Assembly (NCBI GenBank): GCA_021828045.1
Contig: JAKATI010000002.1
Span: 709 to 64,708, forward strand
Direction of reading: 5' to 3'
DNA: 64,000 nucleotides
Origin: Pseudomonadota bacterium
GTDB taxonomy: Bacteria; Pseudomonadota; Gammaproteobacteria; JAKAQQ01
The stretch's first letter is position 1, and each line of letters starts with the position of its first letter. The translations under genes were made by a program, and so were the position numbers. The notes beneath the pieces are model-generated. The model was not told where the DNA came from, searched no databases, and worked only from the letters and a program-made list of their open reading frames with translations. Below are positions 37,521 through 47,197 of this stretch, in pieces.

Positions 37521-37784
37521 TTGCCTGAGCGAATTTCGAAAAGTCTGGTTCTTCTGGGTTGCCTGGTCCTTCTTGCAGGTTGTGCCGGGGTTGCCTGTCC
37601 CGTACCCCACCACCCGCCGCGGGTTTCGCCGGCGCCGGGGCTCCGTGCACGCGGAGTCACCGTCCTGCCGTCCGGGCGATATCGCATCCCGGAGATCAAG
37701 GCCCAAAGTCCCCTGGCCGGTGGGGAATGCCCGATTGTCCCACCGGGACTCGGGGCGCCCCATCCTGGAGCGGGGTCCCGTTGA
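37521..37784 (+). CDS. Putative small lipoprotein in the bamC position
   Basis: TTG start with GGGGAG upstream. Signal peptide with lipobox LVLLAGC. 87 aa with a Pro/Gly-rich remainder. High-GC context makes a false ORF possible. Confidence 0.35.
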   Translation: MPERISKSLVLLGCLVLLAGCAGVACPVPHHPPRVSPAPGLRARGVTVLPSGRYRIPEIKAQSPLAGGECPIVPPGLGAPHPGAGSR

Positions 37785-37906
37785 GTCAAGGCGTCCCGTG
37801 AGGGAAGAATCCGGATCCCGCCCTCCGGCGTCCGTTGGTCACAGGGCCCGGGGCGAGCCGGAAAGGGGAACCGGGAAGTGCAGGGGTTCCCGGGCAACGG
37901 TTGTGT

Positions 37907-37996
37907 GGAGAGGTGTCCGAGCGGTCGAAGGAGCACGCCTGGAAAGTGTGTATACGGGTAACCGTATCGTGGGTTCGAATCCCACCCTCTCCGCCA
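37907..37996 (+). tRNA. tRNA-Ser (anticodon GGA), class II with long variable arm, CCA encoded
   Basis: Cloverleaf folded by hand. Acceptor GGAGAGG/CCTCTCC, anticodon stem CACGC/GTGTG with loop CTGGAAA, variable stem ATACGG/CCGTAT, T-arm GTGGG-TTCGAAT-CCCAC, discriminator G plus CCA. Confidence 0.93.
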
Positions 37997-38036
37997 TCAT
38001 GCCGGGCATCTCCCGGCTCCCCGGCGAGGCAAACAG

Positions 38037-39662
38037 GTGACTCCGGAGGAAGCCCTGCCTTCCGCCACGGGGGCTCACCAGCCTCTCGCCCGCAAATGGA
38101 GGCCCCGATCCTTTCGGGCGCTGATCGGCCAGGAACCCGTGGTGCGCGCCCTGCAGAATGCCCTGCGGAAAAAGCAGCTGCACCCGGTCCTTTTGTTCTC
38201 CGGAACCCGGGGGGTTGGCAAAACGACCCTCGGCCGGCTGGTCGCCAAGGCACTCAATTGCGAGGGGGGGGTGACCCCGGAACCCTGCGGAGTCTGTGCC
38301 CACTGTCAAGCGATCGATGCAGGGTCCTTCCCGGATTTTCTCGAAATTGATGCCGCTTCGCGGACCCGGGTCGAGGAGACCCGGGAACTCCTCGCGAATG
38401 TTCCCTACCTGCCAGTCCGTGGACGTTTCCGGGTCTACCTGATCGATGAAGTGCACATGCTGTCGGCCCACTCCTTCAACGCCCTCCTGAAAACGCTGGA
38501 GGAGCCGCCAGACCATGTTTCCTTCCTCCTGGCCACCACGGAACCGGAAAAAGTGCCGGCGACGATCCAGTCCCGTGCCTTGCGCTTTGCCCTGCGGCGT
38601 GTCCCGTCGGAACGGATCGCCGGACATCTGGCGGAGGTGGTCCGGGCGGAGGGTGTGGAGGCCGATCCATTGGTCCTCGACCTCCTCGCGGCTGCCGCCG
38701 GGGGCAGCGTCCGGGATGCACTGAGCCTTCTCGATCTCGCCCTGTCCTATGGAGGGGGGCGAATCCGGGAAAGCGATGTGGTGGAAATCCTGGGCACCCT
38801 GGCTCCCGAGCAGCTCGATGCCCTGGTCTTTGCGGTGCTGGAACGGGATCCCGTCCGCCTGGGGGCACTCCTCGAGACTCTGCATGCCCTTGAGCCGGAT
38901 TATGCGGGCATCCTCGAGTCCATGGGCCGCCGCCTGGTCGAACTGGCGGCCCGCCTTGAGTGGGGGGCGGGCCTCAAGGTTCGGGCCGGAGAGCAGGCAC
39001 GCTGGGAGGCTCTGCTCACCCGCCTCGATCCGCTCGATCTGCAGCTGGACTACGAGATCGTCCGCCGCGGACTGGAGGAGATCCGGGCCATCGACGATCC
39101 GCGGATGACCTTTGACATGACCTGCATCCGCCTGCTGAGTTTTCGTCCAGCCCCTCCCGGAGCCCACCCTCCCGTCCCCCGTCCCCCGCCTGCGGAACGT
39201 CTCGCCGCGCCGGCTGCCTCGCCCGCAAACACTCGTGATCCGGCCACCCATCCCGACGTTTCCCTGTCTCCGGAAAACTGGCCCCGCTACGTGACCCGGC
39301 TCGCGCTGGGAGGAGTTGCCCGCCAGGTCCTGAACCAGTCGGTCTGCCGTCAGTTCGAAAACGGCGAACTGGTGCTCGGACTGTCGCCCGGGATGGAGAA
39401 CTTGCTCACCGAACAGCTCAAGGGCCGGATCGAAGCCGCACTCCGGGAGGCACAAGGGGAATCCCTCACGGTCGTTTTCGAATCCGGCCCGGTGGAAGGG
39501 CCGACCCCGGCACGTCACGAGGAAGCTGAGCGGGAAGCAAAACGCCAGGAGGCCCGGAAAACCCTGGAACAGGATCCGGGCGTCCAGGAGCTCCTCGAAC
39601 TCGGTTTCGAGATCCAACCCGACTCGGTGACTCCCGACGTGGGGGGTGCGGAACATGAGTAG
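38037..39662 (+). CDS. dnaX: DNA polymerase III subunit tau/gamma
   Basis: [10 protein letters not shown], Walker [10 protein letters not shown], Zn module [10 protein letters not shown] and DEVHML. 541 aa. Confidence 0.93.
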   Translation: MTPEEALPSATGAHQPLARKWRPRSFRALIGQEPVVRALQNALRKKQLHPVLLFSGTRGVGKTTLGRLVAKALNCEGGVTPEPCGVCAHCQAIDAGSFPDFLEIDAASRTRVEETRELLANVPYLPVRGRFRVYLIDEVHMLSAHSFNALLKTLEEPPDHVSFLLATTEPEKVPATIQSRALRFALRRVPSERIAGHLAEVVRAEGVEADPLVLDLLAAAAGGSVRDALSLLDLALSYGGGRIRESDVVEILGTLAPEQLDALVFAVLERDPVRLGALLETLHALEPDYAGILESMGRRLVELAARLEWGAGLKVRAGEQARWEALLTRLDPLDLQLDYEIVRRGLEEIRAIDDPRMTFDMTCIRLLSFRPAPPGAHPPVPRPPPAERLAAPAASPANTRDPATHPDVSLSPENWPRYVTRLALGGVARQVLNQSVCRQFENGELVLGLSPGMENLLTEQLKGRIEAALREAQGESLTVVFESGPVEGPTPARHEEAEREAKRQEARKTLEQDPGVQELLELGFEIQPDSVTPDVGGAEHE

Positions 39663-39695
39663 GAGCGGAGCGGATCCCCGGATCCGGACCCGGTC

Positions 39696-40298
39696 ATGAA
39701 AGTGATGCCGCCGCCGCTCGAGCACCTGACCGAAGCGTTGCGGCAGCTGCCCGGTGTGGGCCCCCGCACGGCACAGCGGCTGACGCTCGCCCTGATCAAT
39801 GACCAGGGAGAACGGGCGAGGCGCCTGACCCGGGCCTTGAATGAAGCCCTCGACCGGCTGCAGCTGTGCCAGTCGTGCCGCATGTACACCGAGGACGCGC
39901 TTTGCGCGATCTGCCGTTCGGAATCGCGGGACCGGAGCCAGGTCTGCGTGGTGGAGACGCCGGCGGATGTGATTGCGCTCGAGAACACCGCGAGCTACCG
40001 CGGCACCTATTTTGTTCTCTACGGTCACCTGTCACCGCTCGACCAGGTCGGCCCGGAAGACATCGGGCTCGACCTCTTGGTGCAACATCTGGCCTCGGGC
40101 CGAATCCGGGAGGTCATCCTCGCGACCAATGCGACCGTGGAAGGGGAGGCCACCGCCCACTTCATCGCCAACCTGTGCCGGGCTCGTTCGATCCCGTCAA
40201 CGCGGATCGCCCAGGGGATCCCCATGGGCGGCGAGCTCGAGTATCTGGATGGCCATACGCTGGTCCAGGCCATCCAGGGCAGGCGAAACTATGAGTGA
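39696..40298 (+). CDS. recR: Recombination protein RecR
   Basis: LPGVGPRTAQRL HhH motif, C4 zinc finger CQSCRMYT..CAIC and a Toprim region. 200 aa. Confidence 0.95.
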   Translation: MKVMPPPLEHLTEALRQLPGVGPRTAQRLTLALINDQGERARRLTRALNEALDRLQLCQSCRMYTEDALCAICRSESRDRSQVCVVETPADVIALENTASYRGTYFVLYGHLSPLDQVGPEDIGLDLLVQHLASGRIREVILATNATVEGEATAHFIANLCRARSIPSTRIAQGIPMGGELEYLDGHTLVQAIQGRRNYE

Positions 40299-40331
40299 CC
40301 GGCCTTGCACCCGACGGGAGGATTGTGCACG

Positions 40332-40676
40332 ATGAACGAATGTGTGTTCTGCCGGATCGCCCGACACGAGCTGGAGGCGAAAGTCGTGGAGGAAGACCCG
40401 GACTTCATCGCCTTCCATGACGCGCACCCGGTGGCTCCCGCGCATCTGCTCCTCATCCCCAAGCGGCACGTGGCTTCCTTGTCCGAATGGGTCGGGGTGG
40501 AACCCGATGTGGCTGGCCGCTGGTTGCTCCGGGCCCGGGACCTCGCGTCGACCCTTGGTTTCGCGAAAAGCGGCTATCGTCTCGTGATCAATACGGGCGA
40601 GTGGGGCGGACAGACCGTGGCCCACCTGCATCTCCACCTCCTGGCCGGACGGGTTCTGCAATGGCCGCCGGGATGA
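40332..40676 (+). CDS. HIT-family nucleotide hydrolase/transferase
   Basis: CVFCRI N-terminus and histidine triad HLHLHLL. 114 aa. Confidence 0.9.
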   Translation: MNECVFCRIARHELEAKVVEEDPDFIAFHDAHPVAPAHLLLIPKRHVASLSEWVGVEPDVAGRWLLRARDLASTLGFAKSGYRLVINTGEWGGQTVAHLHLHLLAGRVLQWPPG

Positions 40677-41248
40677 ACGAGCCCGCCGGAGGCGGGCCGG
40701 GGGCGGGCCCCCGGTCGCTTCGTCTCATCTGGATCGATCTCGAGATGACCGGACTCAATCCGCTTGAGGACCACATTCTCGAAATCGCGACCGTCGTGAC
40801 GGGACCGGACCTTGAAATCCTCGCACAGGGGCCGGAGCTGGCCATTGCCCAACCGGAGTCCGTGCTGGCCGGGATGGGGGCCTGGTGCCGCCAGCATCAC
40901 GGATCCTCGGGTCTCACCGCCCGGGTTCGGGCCAGCCACTGCACGGAGGCGGAGGCGGAGCGCCTGACCCTGGATTTTCTGGCCGGCCAGGTCCCGGAAG
41001 GCGTCTCCCCCATGTGCGGCAACAGCGTCTGCCAGGATCGCCGGTTCCTGGTCCGCTGGATGCCGCGGCTCGAGGCCTATTTCCACTACCGAAACCTGGA
41101 CGTGTCGACCTTGAAGGAACTGGCCCGACGCTGGAGTCCATCCGTGCTCGGGGGGATGGGCAAGGAAAGCCGGCACACGGCTTTGGCTGACGTCCTGGAC
41201 TCGATTGCCGAACTCTCCTATTATCGGCAGACCCTTTGGAAATCCTGA
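40673..41248 (+). CDS. orn: Oligoribonuclease
   Basis: DEDDh motifs [21 protein letters not shown] and [15 protein letters not shown] overlap with the HIT gene; an alternative ATG lies at 40661. Confidence 0.92.
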   Translation: MNEPAGGGPGAGPRSLRLIWIDLEMTGLNPLEDHILEIATVVTGPDLEILAQGPELAIAQPESVLAGMGAWCRQHHGSSGLTARVRASHCTEAEAERLTLDFLAGQVPEGVSPMCGNSVCQDRRFLVRWMPRLEAYFHYRNLDVSTLKELARRWSPSVLGGMGKESRHTALADVLDSIAELSYYRQTLWKS

Positions 41249-41451
41249 GCCGGTTGCGGACCCGGGTCCTGTATAATCCCCCATGCGAGGTTGTGACGCT
41301 TTGCACGGGGATAGGCCCGAATGGCCGCTGGAACCGGGCAAGTGGCTGATCTTCCATATGAAACCCATCCTTCCTCCGATTTCCTTCGGCCGTGTTCAGG
41401 CAAGGTTCGGTTCCAGCCGCCGATGATGGATCCGTCGGAAGAAAAAGGAGC

Positions 41452-41479
41452 GAACTCTTTTGCTTCCCGGAGGTCCTAT
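41452..41479 (+). promoter_or_regulatory. Candidate sigma-E-type autoregulated promoter upstream of rpoE
   Basis: GAACTC (41452-41457), a 16-nt spacer and TCCTAT (41474-41479) resemble the GGAACTT-N16-TCnnA sigma-E consensus. SD GGAGG lies 9 nt before the rpoE ATG. Confidence 0.4.
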
Positions 41480-41502
41480 CCCATGACCGGAGGTCCGCGG
41501 TC

Positions 41503-42105
41503 ATGAGTCCCGGACCGGTTCCGAGGACCGACAATGACCAGGTGCTCGTGGCTAGGGTGCAAGCCGGAGACCGGGCGGCATTCGATCTTTTGGTTCGCAA
41601 GTACCAGTACCGGATTTACAAGTTCATTACCCGATATGTGCGCGATGCCAATCTGGCGTTTGACATTACCCAGGAAACCTTCCTGCGGGCTTACCGGTCG
41701 ATCCGGTCTTTCCGGGGAGACAGCGCGTTTTATACCTGGCTGTACCGGATTGCCATCAATGCCTCGAAAAACCACCTGGCACTCGAGGCCCGGCGCCAGG
41801 AGTCCGCGCTCGTGGAAGATGGTGAACGGGAAGCCGCGAATAGCCTGGAAGGCCTGCAGTCACTCGAGACTCCTGAAGCACTCTTGATCTCGGAGGAGAT
41901 GCGGCAAGTGATTGTCCAGGCCATTCAGGAACTCGCACCCGATCTGCGGATGGCCATCCTGCTCCGGGAGGTCGAGGGGTTCAGCTACGAGGACATTGCC
42001 GAAACCATGAATTGTCCGATCGGGACAGTCCGTTCCCGGATCTTCCGGGCACGGGAAGCCATCAACAGCCGTTTGGAACCGCTTCTCGGCGGGGGAGGAA
42101 ACTGA
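41503..42105 (+). CDS. rpoE: ECF sigma factor RpoE/AlgU (sigma-24)
   Basis: Region 2 (AFDLLVRKYQYRIYKFITRYV, FYTWLYRIAIN) and region 4 (FSYEDIAETMNCPIGTVRSRIFRAREAI). 200 aa. Confidence 0.93.
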   Translation: MSPGPVPRTDNDQVLVARVQAGDRAAFDLLVRKYQYRIYKFITRYVRDANLAFDITQETFLRAYRSIRSFRGDSAFYTWLYRIAINASKNHLALEARRQESALVEDGEREAANSLEGLQSLETPEALLISEEMRQVIVQAIQELAPDLRMAILLREVEGFSYEDIAETMNCPIGTVRSRIFRAREAINSRLEPLLGGGGN

Positions 42106-42107
42106 TT

Positions 42108-42713
42108 ATGGAAGGATGGGAATCGGAAGCCGCGTCTGCGTGTGGGGAATCCCTGTCGGCCTTCCTGGATGGTGAACTGACGGAAGTCGACTGTGCGAGG
42201 CTGCTCGAGACCGTCCGGAAGCATCCGGAGGCCGGCCGCTCGTTGTCCCGCTACAGCCTCATCCGCGAGATCCTGCACAGCGAGGAGTGGAAGCTCCGGG
42301 AGTGGGTGGGTGGGACGAGGCGTCCCCCGGCTCCGGAACGGAGGCGATCCCGGTTTCCGGGAGGACGTCTGCCCGGACTCTGGGCCTGGCGGGGAGCGTT
42401 CGCACTGTCCCTGGCGGTGCTCCTGGCCGTCGGATTGCGGGATGATGGGTCGCGGACGGGTCTTGCCCATCCGCCATCCGCCTTCCTGGAGGCCCGCCCG
42501 ACGATTTCGGTCTCCCCACCCTATGGCCGGGTCCGCTCGGTTTCGTGGAACGTGACCTCGCGGGCGGTGCGCCGTCAGCTCACGACGTACTGGATGCTGC
42601 ATGCCGCCTCCATTTCAGCCACACCGACCATGGCCTATTCAAGGATTGCGGCCTACAACTATGCCGTCTCGGGTCGGGGACAGCGCTGGCAGCGGCGGCA
42701 CCGTCATCCGTGA
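42108..42713 (+). CDS. rseA: Anti-sigma-E factor RseA/MucA-like
   Basis: N-terminal ESLSAFLDGEL...RYSLIREIL matches the RseA N-domain. It has a central TM (WAWRGAFALSLAVLLAV) and lies 2 nt after the rpoE stop. Confidence 0.8.
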   Translation: MEGWESEAASACGESLSAFLDGELTEVDCARLLETVRKHPEAGRSLSRYSLIREILHSEEWKLREWVGGTRRPPAPERRRSRFPGGRLPGLWAWRGAFALSLAVLLAVGLRDDGSRTGLAHPPSAFLEARPTISVSPPYGRVRSVSWNVTSRAVRRQLTTYWMLHAASISATPTMAYSRIAAYNYAVSGRGQRWQRRHRHP

Positions 42714-43684
42714 TGTCATCCGGCTGCACCCGCTGGTCGGGAGGATTCGGGCTCGGGCTCCTGGCGCTGGCCGCGGCCGGGGCCCGGCCGCTTCCCCCGT
42801 TCCGGCCGGAACAGGCCCTCCTGCGCATGCAACGGGTTCTGCTCTCGGTCAACTACCGGGGGATCCTGGTCTTCCAGCACAACACCATGCTCAAGTCCAT
42901 TGCGGTCGAACACGGCGTGGCCCGGTATGGGGGATGGGAGCGGATCCGGACCTTGAATGGCCCTCCACGCGAGCTTCTCAAGAACGGCCATCGTCTCCTG
43001 TTCCTGCTGCGCGGCCACCCGGTGCGCGTGATGCACGTTCTGGGCAGCTATACCGGCCTGCCGCAGAACTGGATCGGGTTCCGCAAGCACTTCCGCCGGG
43101 ATCTGGCCCGGGAATACCGGTTCATCCCGGTGCCACGCCAGGGCCGGGTCGCGGGTCACATCGCCCGGATCCTCGTCGTCCGACCCCTGGACCGTTACCG
43201 CTACGGCTACCGGCTCTGGATCGATTCCCGCAACGGCTTCCCCCTGCGCTCCGATCTGCTCAACGCGATGGGACAGGTCATCGAGCAGATGATGTTCGTG
43301 ACCATTCACTGGTATCCGAAGGCGGCCTGGCATGTCAGCCCCCCCCACATCCCGCCCATTCCGCTCCCGAAAACCCGGGAGTCCCTGATCCCGCAGTGCG
43401 TCTTCCGCCGGGTCCCGCCGGGATTTCGCGTGATCGAGAATACGACATCTCTCTCACCCGGTCCCGTCCGCCATGTCCTCCTGAGCGACGGACTGGCCAC
43501 GGTCTCCGTGTTCATCCACCCGCTGGGAGCCCGCTTTCCCGCCCTCACCGGCCCGGCCCGGATGGGACCGGTCTCGGCTTTCGGGCGGAAGATCGGCGGT
43601 TTCTCCTTCACCGTCATCGGCGAGGTGCCGCTTCGAACCGTCCGCTTCATTGCCGAGCAGGCCCGGCTGGTTCTTTCCCCGTGA
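42713..43684 (+). CDS. rseB: Sigma-E regulatory protein RseB/MucB
   Basis: Signal-like N-terminus. MucB/RseB pattern (LSVNYRGILVFQH, YRLWIDSRNGFPLRSDLLN). TGATG overlap with rseA. Confidence 0.85.
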   Translation: MSSGCTRWSGGFGLGLLALAAAGARPLPPFRPEQALLRMQRVLLSVNYRGILVFQHNTMLKSIAVEHGVARYGGWERIRTLNGPPRELLKNGHRLLFLLRGHPVRVMHVLGSYTGLPQNWIGFRKHFRRDLAREYRFIPVPRQGRVAGHIARILVVRPLDRYRYGYRLWIDSRNGFPLRSDLLNAMGQVIEQMMFVTIHWYPKAAWHVSPPHIPPIPLPKTRESLIPQCVFRRVPPGFRVIENTTSLSPGPVRHVLLSDGLATVSVFIHPLGARFPALTGPARMGPVSAFGRKIGGFSFTVIGEVPLRTVRFIAEQARLVLSP

Positions 43685-43956
43685 AGACCCCCCCGCCCTG
43701 GCAGCTCATCCGGCGCCGGGGCTGCCCACCCTGCGAGCGGCTTGAACAATGCCTGCGGGGACACTTCGGCGAGGCAACCGACGCCTGGCTGGAAGTGCTC
43801 GATGTGGACAGTGCGCCCGATTTGCGTGAGCAGTACGGATTCCGCGTTCCGGTCCTCCTCCGGGAAAACCGTGTGGTTGTCGAGGGACCCTGGGATTGGG
43901 AAAGCCTGGTAAAGGCCCTGCCGGCACCACCTGTCCGGCCCCGCGGATCGGCCTGA
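43681..43956 (+). CDS. Glutaredoxin-like protein (DUF836-type, CPPC)
   Basis: GTG start overlapping the rseB stop (GTGA). RRRGCPPCERL redox motif and FRVPVLL. 91 aa. Confidence 0.65.
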   Translation: MKTPPPWQLIRRRGCPPCERLEQCLRGHFGEATDAWLEVLDVDSAPDLREQYGFRVPVLLRENRVVVEGPWDWESLVKALPAPPVRPRGSA

Positions 43957-44079
43957 ACCCGTAGAATGTAGCCTCGGCCCCGAAGACGGAATCCCTGAGC
44001 GGTGAATGACAGCTTGCCGGTTGTGACCGGATGCCCGAATCCGGTCCGGACGGGTTGCGGGCGGGAGTGCTGACCCGGC

Positions 44080-45879
44080 ATGGACCGGATCCGGAACTTC
44101 TGCATCCTGGCCCATGTCGACCATGGCAAGTCCACCTTGGCCGACCGCTTCATCGAGCTCTGCGGCGGGCTGCCCAAGCGCGCCATGATGGACCAGGTGC
44201 TCGACTCGATGGATCTTGAGCGCGAGCGGGGCATCACCATCAAGGCCCAGAGTGTCGCCCTCGACTACCGCTCGGAAAGCGGCGAGGTCTTCCGTTTCAA
44301 CCTCATCGATACGCCGGGACACGTGGACTTCTCCTACGAGGTGTCCCGATCGCTGGCTGCCTGCGAAGGGGCGCTCCTCGTGGTGGATGCGGTCCAGGGC
44401 GTGGAGGCGCAAAGTGTCGCGAACTGCTACCAGGCCATCGAGCAGGGACTCGAGATCATTCCGGTCATCAACAAGATCGACCTTCCGGCCGCGGATCCGG
44501 ACCGGGTCATCGCGGAAATCGAGGACGTGATCGGGATCGAGGCCCATTCGGCACTCCGGGTCAGTGCCAAGACGGGAGCAGGTGTGCGCGAGCTGCTTGA
44601 GGCCGTGACCCAGCGGATCCGCCCGCCGGCCGGCCGGTCCACGGATCCCCTCCGTGCCCTCATCATCGATTCCCGTTTCGACAACTATGTCGGGGTTGTC
44701 TCCCTGGTTCGGGTCCAGGAAGGCCGCCTTGCGGCGCACTCCCGGATCGAGCTCATTTCGACCCGCAGGGCCCACCAGGTCGACCGGGTCGGGCTCTTCC
44801 GGCCCCTCCAGATGGAGGACTGTCCGGCGCTGGAGGCGGGTGAGGTGGGCTATCTCATTGCCGGCATCAAGGAGGTTGAGGGCGCGCCGGTCGGCGATAC
44901 GGTGACCCAGGCGGATCGCCCGGCCACAGTGCCCCTCGCCGGCTTCGAGCCGGTTCACCCGCGGGTCTATGCCGGGCTGTTCCCTACCGACTCCGAACAA
45001 TACGAGGCCTTCCGCGACGCCCTCTCCAAGCTCCGCCTCAATGATTCGGCCCTGAGCTACGAACCCGAGACCTCGGTCGCCCTGGGATTCGGATTCCGGT
45101 GCGGCTTCCTCGGCCTGCTCCACATGGAGATCGTCCAGGAACGGCTCGAGCGGGAGTATCACCTGAGCCTGATCACGACGGTGCCGACCGTGCATTACGA
45201 GGTGGTCCTCGAGGACGGGCGGACCCTCATGGTGAACAATCCGAGCGGCCTGCCTTCCGTCTCGCTGATCCGGGAGATCCGCGAGCCGATCATCTCCGCC
45301 CGGATGCTGACCCCCCCGGATCACCTGGGCGCCCTGATCGCCTTGTGCCAGGAAAAGCGGGGGCAACAGACCGGCCTGCACTATTACGCCCGGCAGGTGG
45401 CTTTGGAATACGAACTCCCGCTGAGCGAGGTGGTCCTGGATTTCTTCGACCGCCTGAAATCTGCGTCCCGGGGCTATGCCTCCTTCGATTACCGTTTCAT
45501 CGGATTCCGCCCCTCCCGACTGGTCCGGCTGGATTTCCTGGTCAACGGGGAGCCGGTCGATGCCTTTTCCACGATCGTGCACCGGGACGTGGCCTACGCA
45601 CGCGGCCGGGAACTCGTGGACCGCCTGCAACGTCTGATCCCGCGCCAGATGTTCGAGGTGGCACTCCAGGCAACGATCGGCACACAGGTCATTGCCCGGG
45701 CCACCGTCAAGGCCCTGCGGAAAAATGTCATCGCCAAGTGCTATGGGGGAGACGTGACCCGGAAACGCAAACTGCTCGAGAAGCAGAAAGAGGGCAAGAA
45801 ACGCATGAAGCGGCTCGGCAAGGTCGAGATCCCACAGGAGGCATTCCTGGCCGTGCTCAAGCATTCGGCAGTGGACTGA
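44080..45879 (+). CDS. lepA: Elongation factor 4
   Basis: [28 protein letters not shown] and NKID G-motifs. 599 aa. Confidence 0.97.
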   Translation: MDRIRNFCILAHVDHGKSTLADRFIELCGGLPKRAMMDQVLDSMDLERERGITIKAQSVALDYRSESGEVFRFNLIDTPGHVDFSYEVSRSLAACEGALLVVDAVQGVEAQSVANCYQAIEQGLEIIPVINKIDLPAADPDRVIAEIEDVIGIEAHSALRVSAKTGAGVRELLEAVTQRIRPPAGRSTDPLRALIIDSRFDNYVGVVSLVRVQEGRLAAHSRIELISTRRAHQVDRVGLFRPLQMEDCPALEAGEVGYLIAGIKEVEGAPVGDTVTQADRPATVPLAGFEPVHPRVYAGLFPTDSEQYEAFRDALSKLRLNDSALSYEPETSVALGFGFRCGFLGLLHMEIVQERLEREYHLSLITTVPTVHYEVVLEDGRTLMVNNPSGLPSVSLIREIREPIISARMLTPPDHLGALIALCQEKRGQQTGLHYYARQVALEYELPLSEVVLDFFDRLKSASRGYASFDYRFIGFRPSRLVRLDFLVNGEPVDAFSTIVHRDVAYARGRELVDRLQRLIPRQMFEVALQATIGTQVIARATVKALRKNVIAKCYGGDVTRKRKLLEKQKEGKKRMKRLGKVEIPQEAFLAVLKHSAVD

Positions 45880-46003
45880 GCATGGGCCCGCCGCATGTCC
45901 CGCAATTCCTTGTGCCAGCCTCGCGCGATATAATGCGGGCGGTCGTCGTGCGGCCTCGGGCGGGTGCCCCGCGGGTGGGCGCGTCTGCTTTTGCACCCTG
46001 GGT

Positions 46004-46792
46004 TTGTCCCGTCTGACCGGAGGCCCGGTGATGGCAGTTTTCGGATACTCGGCAGTCTTCCTGATCATCCTCGCGGTGTCCGGACTGATCTGGCTCGCGG
46101 ATATCCTCTGGCGCAGGCGCCGGGGGGCAGGGCTTCCGGCGCGGAGCCTGGTCGAGTATGCCCGCTCGTTCTTTCCCATCCTGCTGGTTTTGGTCCTCAT
46201 CCGCTCCTTCCTCTTCGAGCCCTTCCGGATTCCCTCAGGATCCATGGTTCCGACCCTGCTCATCGGTGATTTCATCCTGGTCAACAAGTTCGACTACGGG
46301 ATCCGGCTGCCGGTGACCAACACGGTGATCATCCCGACCGGCCATCCCCGGGTGGGCCAGGTGGTGGTGTTCCGCTACCCGCTCCACCCGTCGGTCGATT
46401 ACATCAAGCGGGTGGTTGGCGTGCCCGGCGATTGGGTCCGCTACCAGGGCAACCGCCTGTGGATCAATCACCACCGGGTCCCCCATGTCTGCCAGGGTCT
46501 CTACCGCGGACCGGACGGCGAGTCCGGGTCCCTGCTCTGTGTGGAACAGCTGGGCCGTGTGAAGCACGAAATCCTGATCACCCCGGGGATGCCCGCACCC
46601 ACGGGCCGCTACCGGGTCCCCTCCCGGCACTACTTCATGATGGGGGACAACCGGGATGACAGCGATGACAGCCGCTACTGGGGCAGTGTTCCCAACCGGG
46701 ACCTGATCGGGCGCGCGGTGGTCATCTGGTTCAACTGGGACGCGTTTTCCCACATGCCGATCTGGAGCCGGATCGGCCGTATAATCCACTGA
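46004..46792 (+). CDS. lepB: Signal peptidase I
   Basis: SGSMVPTL catalytic Ser box, KRVVGVPGD Lys box and GDNRDDSDDSRYWG. The start is uncertain (internal ATG at 46031). Confidence 0.93.
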   Translation: MSRLTGGPVMAVFGYSAVFLIILAVSGLIWLADILWRRRRGAGLPARSLVEYARSFFPILLVLVLIRSFLFEPFRIPSGSMVPTLLIGDFILVNKFDYGIRLPVTNTVIIPTGHPRVGQVVVFRYPLHPSVDYIKRVVGVPGDWVRYQGNRLWINHHRVPHVCQGLYRGPDGESGSLLCVEQLGRVKHEILITPGMPAPTGRYRVPSRHYFMMGDNRDDSDDSRYWGSVPNRDLIGRAVVIWFNWDAFSHMPIWSRIGRIIH

Positions 46793-46806
46793 GGGAGGGT
46801 AGCGTC

Positions 46807-47193
46807 ATGCCGAAGTCCAAGCGAGGCCAGCAGGGCATGAGTTTCGTGGGCTGGGTGCTTTCGCTGTGCCTGTTCACGATTTTCGCCTTGGCGGCCGTCC
46901 GCCTGATCCCTGTCTACCTCGAGTATCTCACGATCCGGTCGGCGGTCGATGCGGCGGCTCACGAGCAACCCACGGTCAGCCGGCACCAGATTTTCCGGGC
47001 CATCGTCCGGCAGTTCGTGGTCAACCAGATCGATGCCATCCATTCCCGGAATGTCCTGATCAGCCGGGTCCACCATCACCTCGTGCTCACCGTCGATTAT
47101 TCCGAAAAGACCCCGTTCATCGGCAACGTCGGGTTCATCGTCCATTTCCATCACAGCGTCAACGTGCCGGTGCCCCCGCCTGGTCCGGAGTAG
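46807..47193 (+). CDS. DUF4845-like small membrane protein
   Basis: N-terminal TM (FVGWVLSLCLFTIFALAAV). It holds the conserved slot between lepB and rnc, as in pseudomonads. Confidence 0.7.
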   Translation: MPKSKRGQQGMSFVGWVLSLCLFTIFALAAVRLIPVYLEYLTIRSAVDAAAHEQPTVSRHQIFRAIVRQFVVNQIDAIHSRNVLISRVHHHLVLTVDYSEKTPFIGNVGFIVHFHHSVNVPVPPPGPE

Positions 47194-47197
47194 GTTC

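Noticed and set aside
37785-37906. Possible SRP (4.5S) RNA upstream of dnaX, as seen in some genomes
   Set aside because: I looked for the conserved GGUCCGGAAGGAAGCAGCC-type helix 8 motif on both strands. I found only a vague CCGGAAAGGGGAACCGGGAAG, which does not form the symmetric-loop/GNRA structure.
38037-39662. Programmed -1 frameshift site in dnaX (the gamma subunit)
   Set aside because: The only A-rich heptamer noticed (GGAAAAAGC near 38165) is at the extreme 5' end, not at the tau/gamma junction. No A-AAA-AAG slippery site with a downstream hairpin was seen.
37839-40028. 729-aa ORF on the minus strand
   Set aside because: It is antisense to dnaX and recR and runs through the tRNA-Ser gene. 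It has no motifs and a shadow-ORF composition.
41249-41300. GGACCCGGGTCC palindrome plus TATAAT after orn, considered as a terminator/promoter pair
   Set aside because: The palindrome leaves only a 2-nt loop (effective stem 4 bp) and has no U-tract. No acceptable -35 lies at 16-18 nt from the TATAAT.
43306-46287. 993-aa ORF on the minus strand
   Set aside because: It is entirely antisense to rseB/grx/lepA/lepB, which have unmistakable motifs. Its translation is Arg/Pro/Gly-rich low-complexity sequence, typical of shadow ORFs in high-GC DNA.
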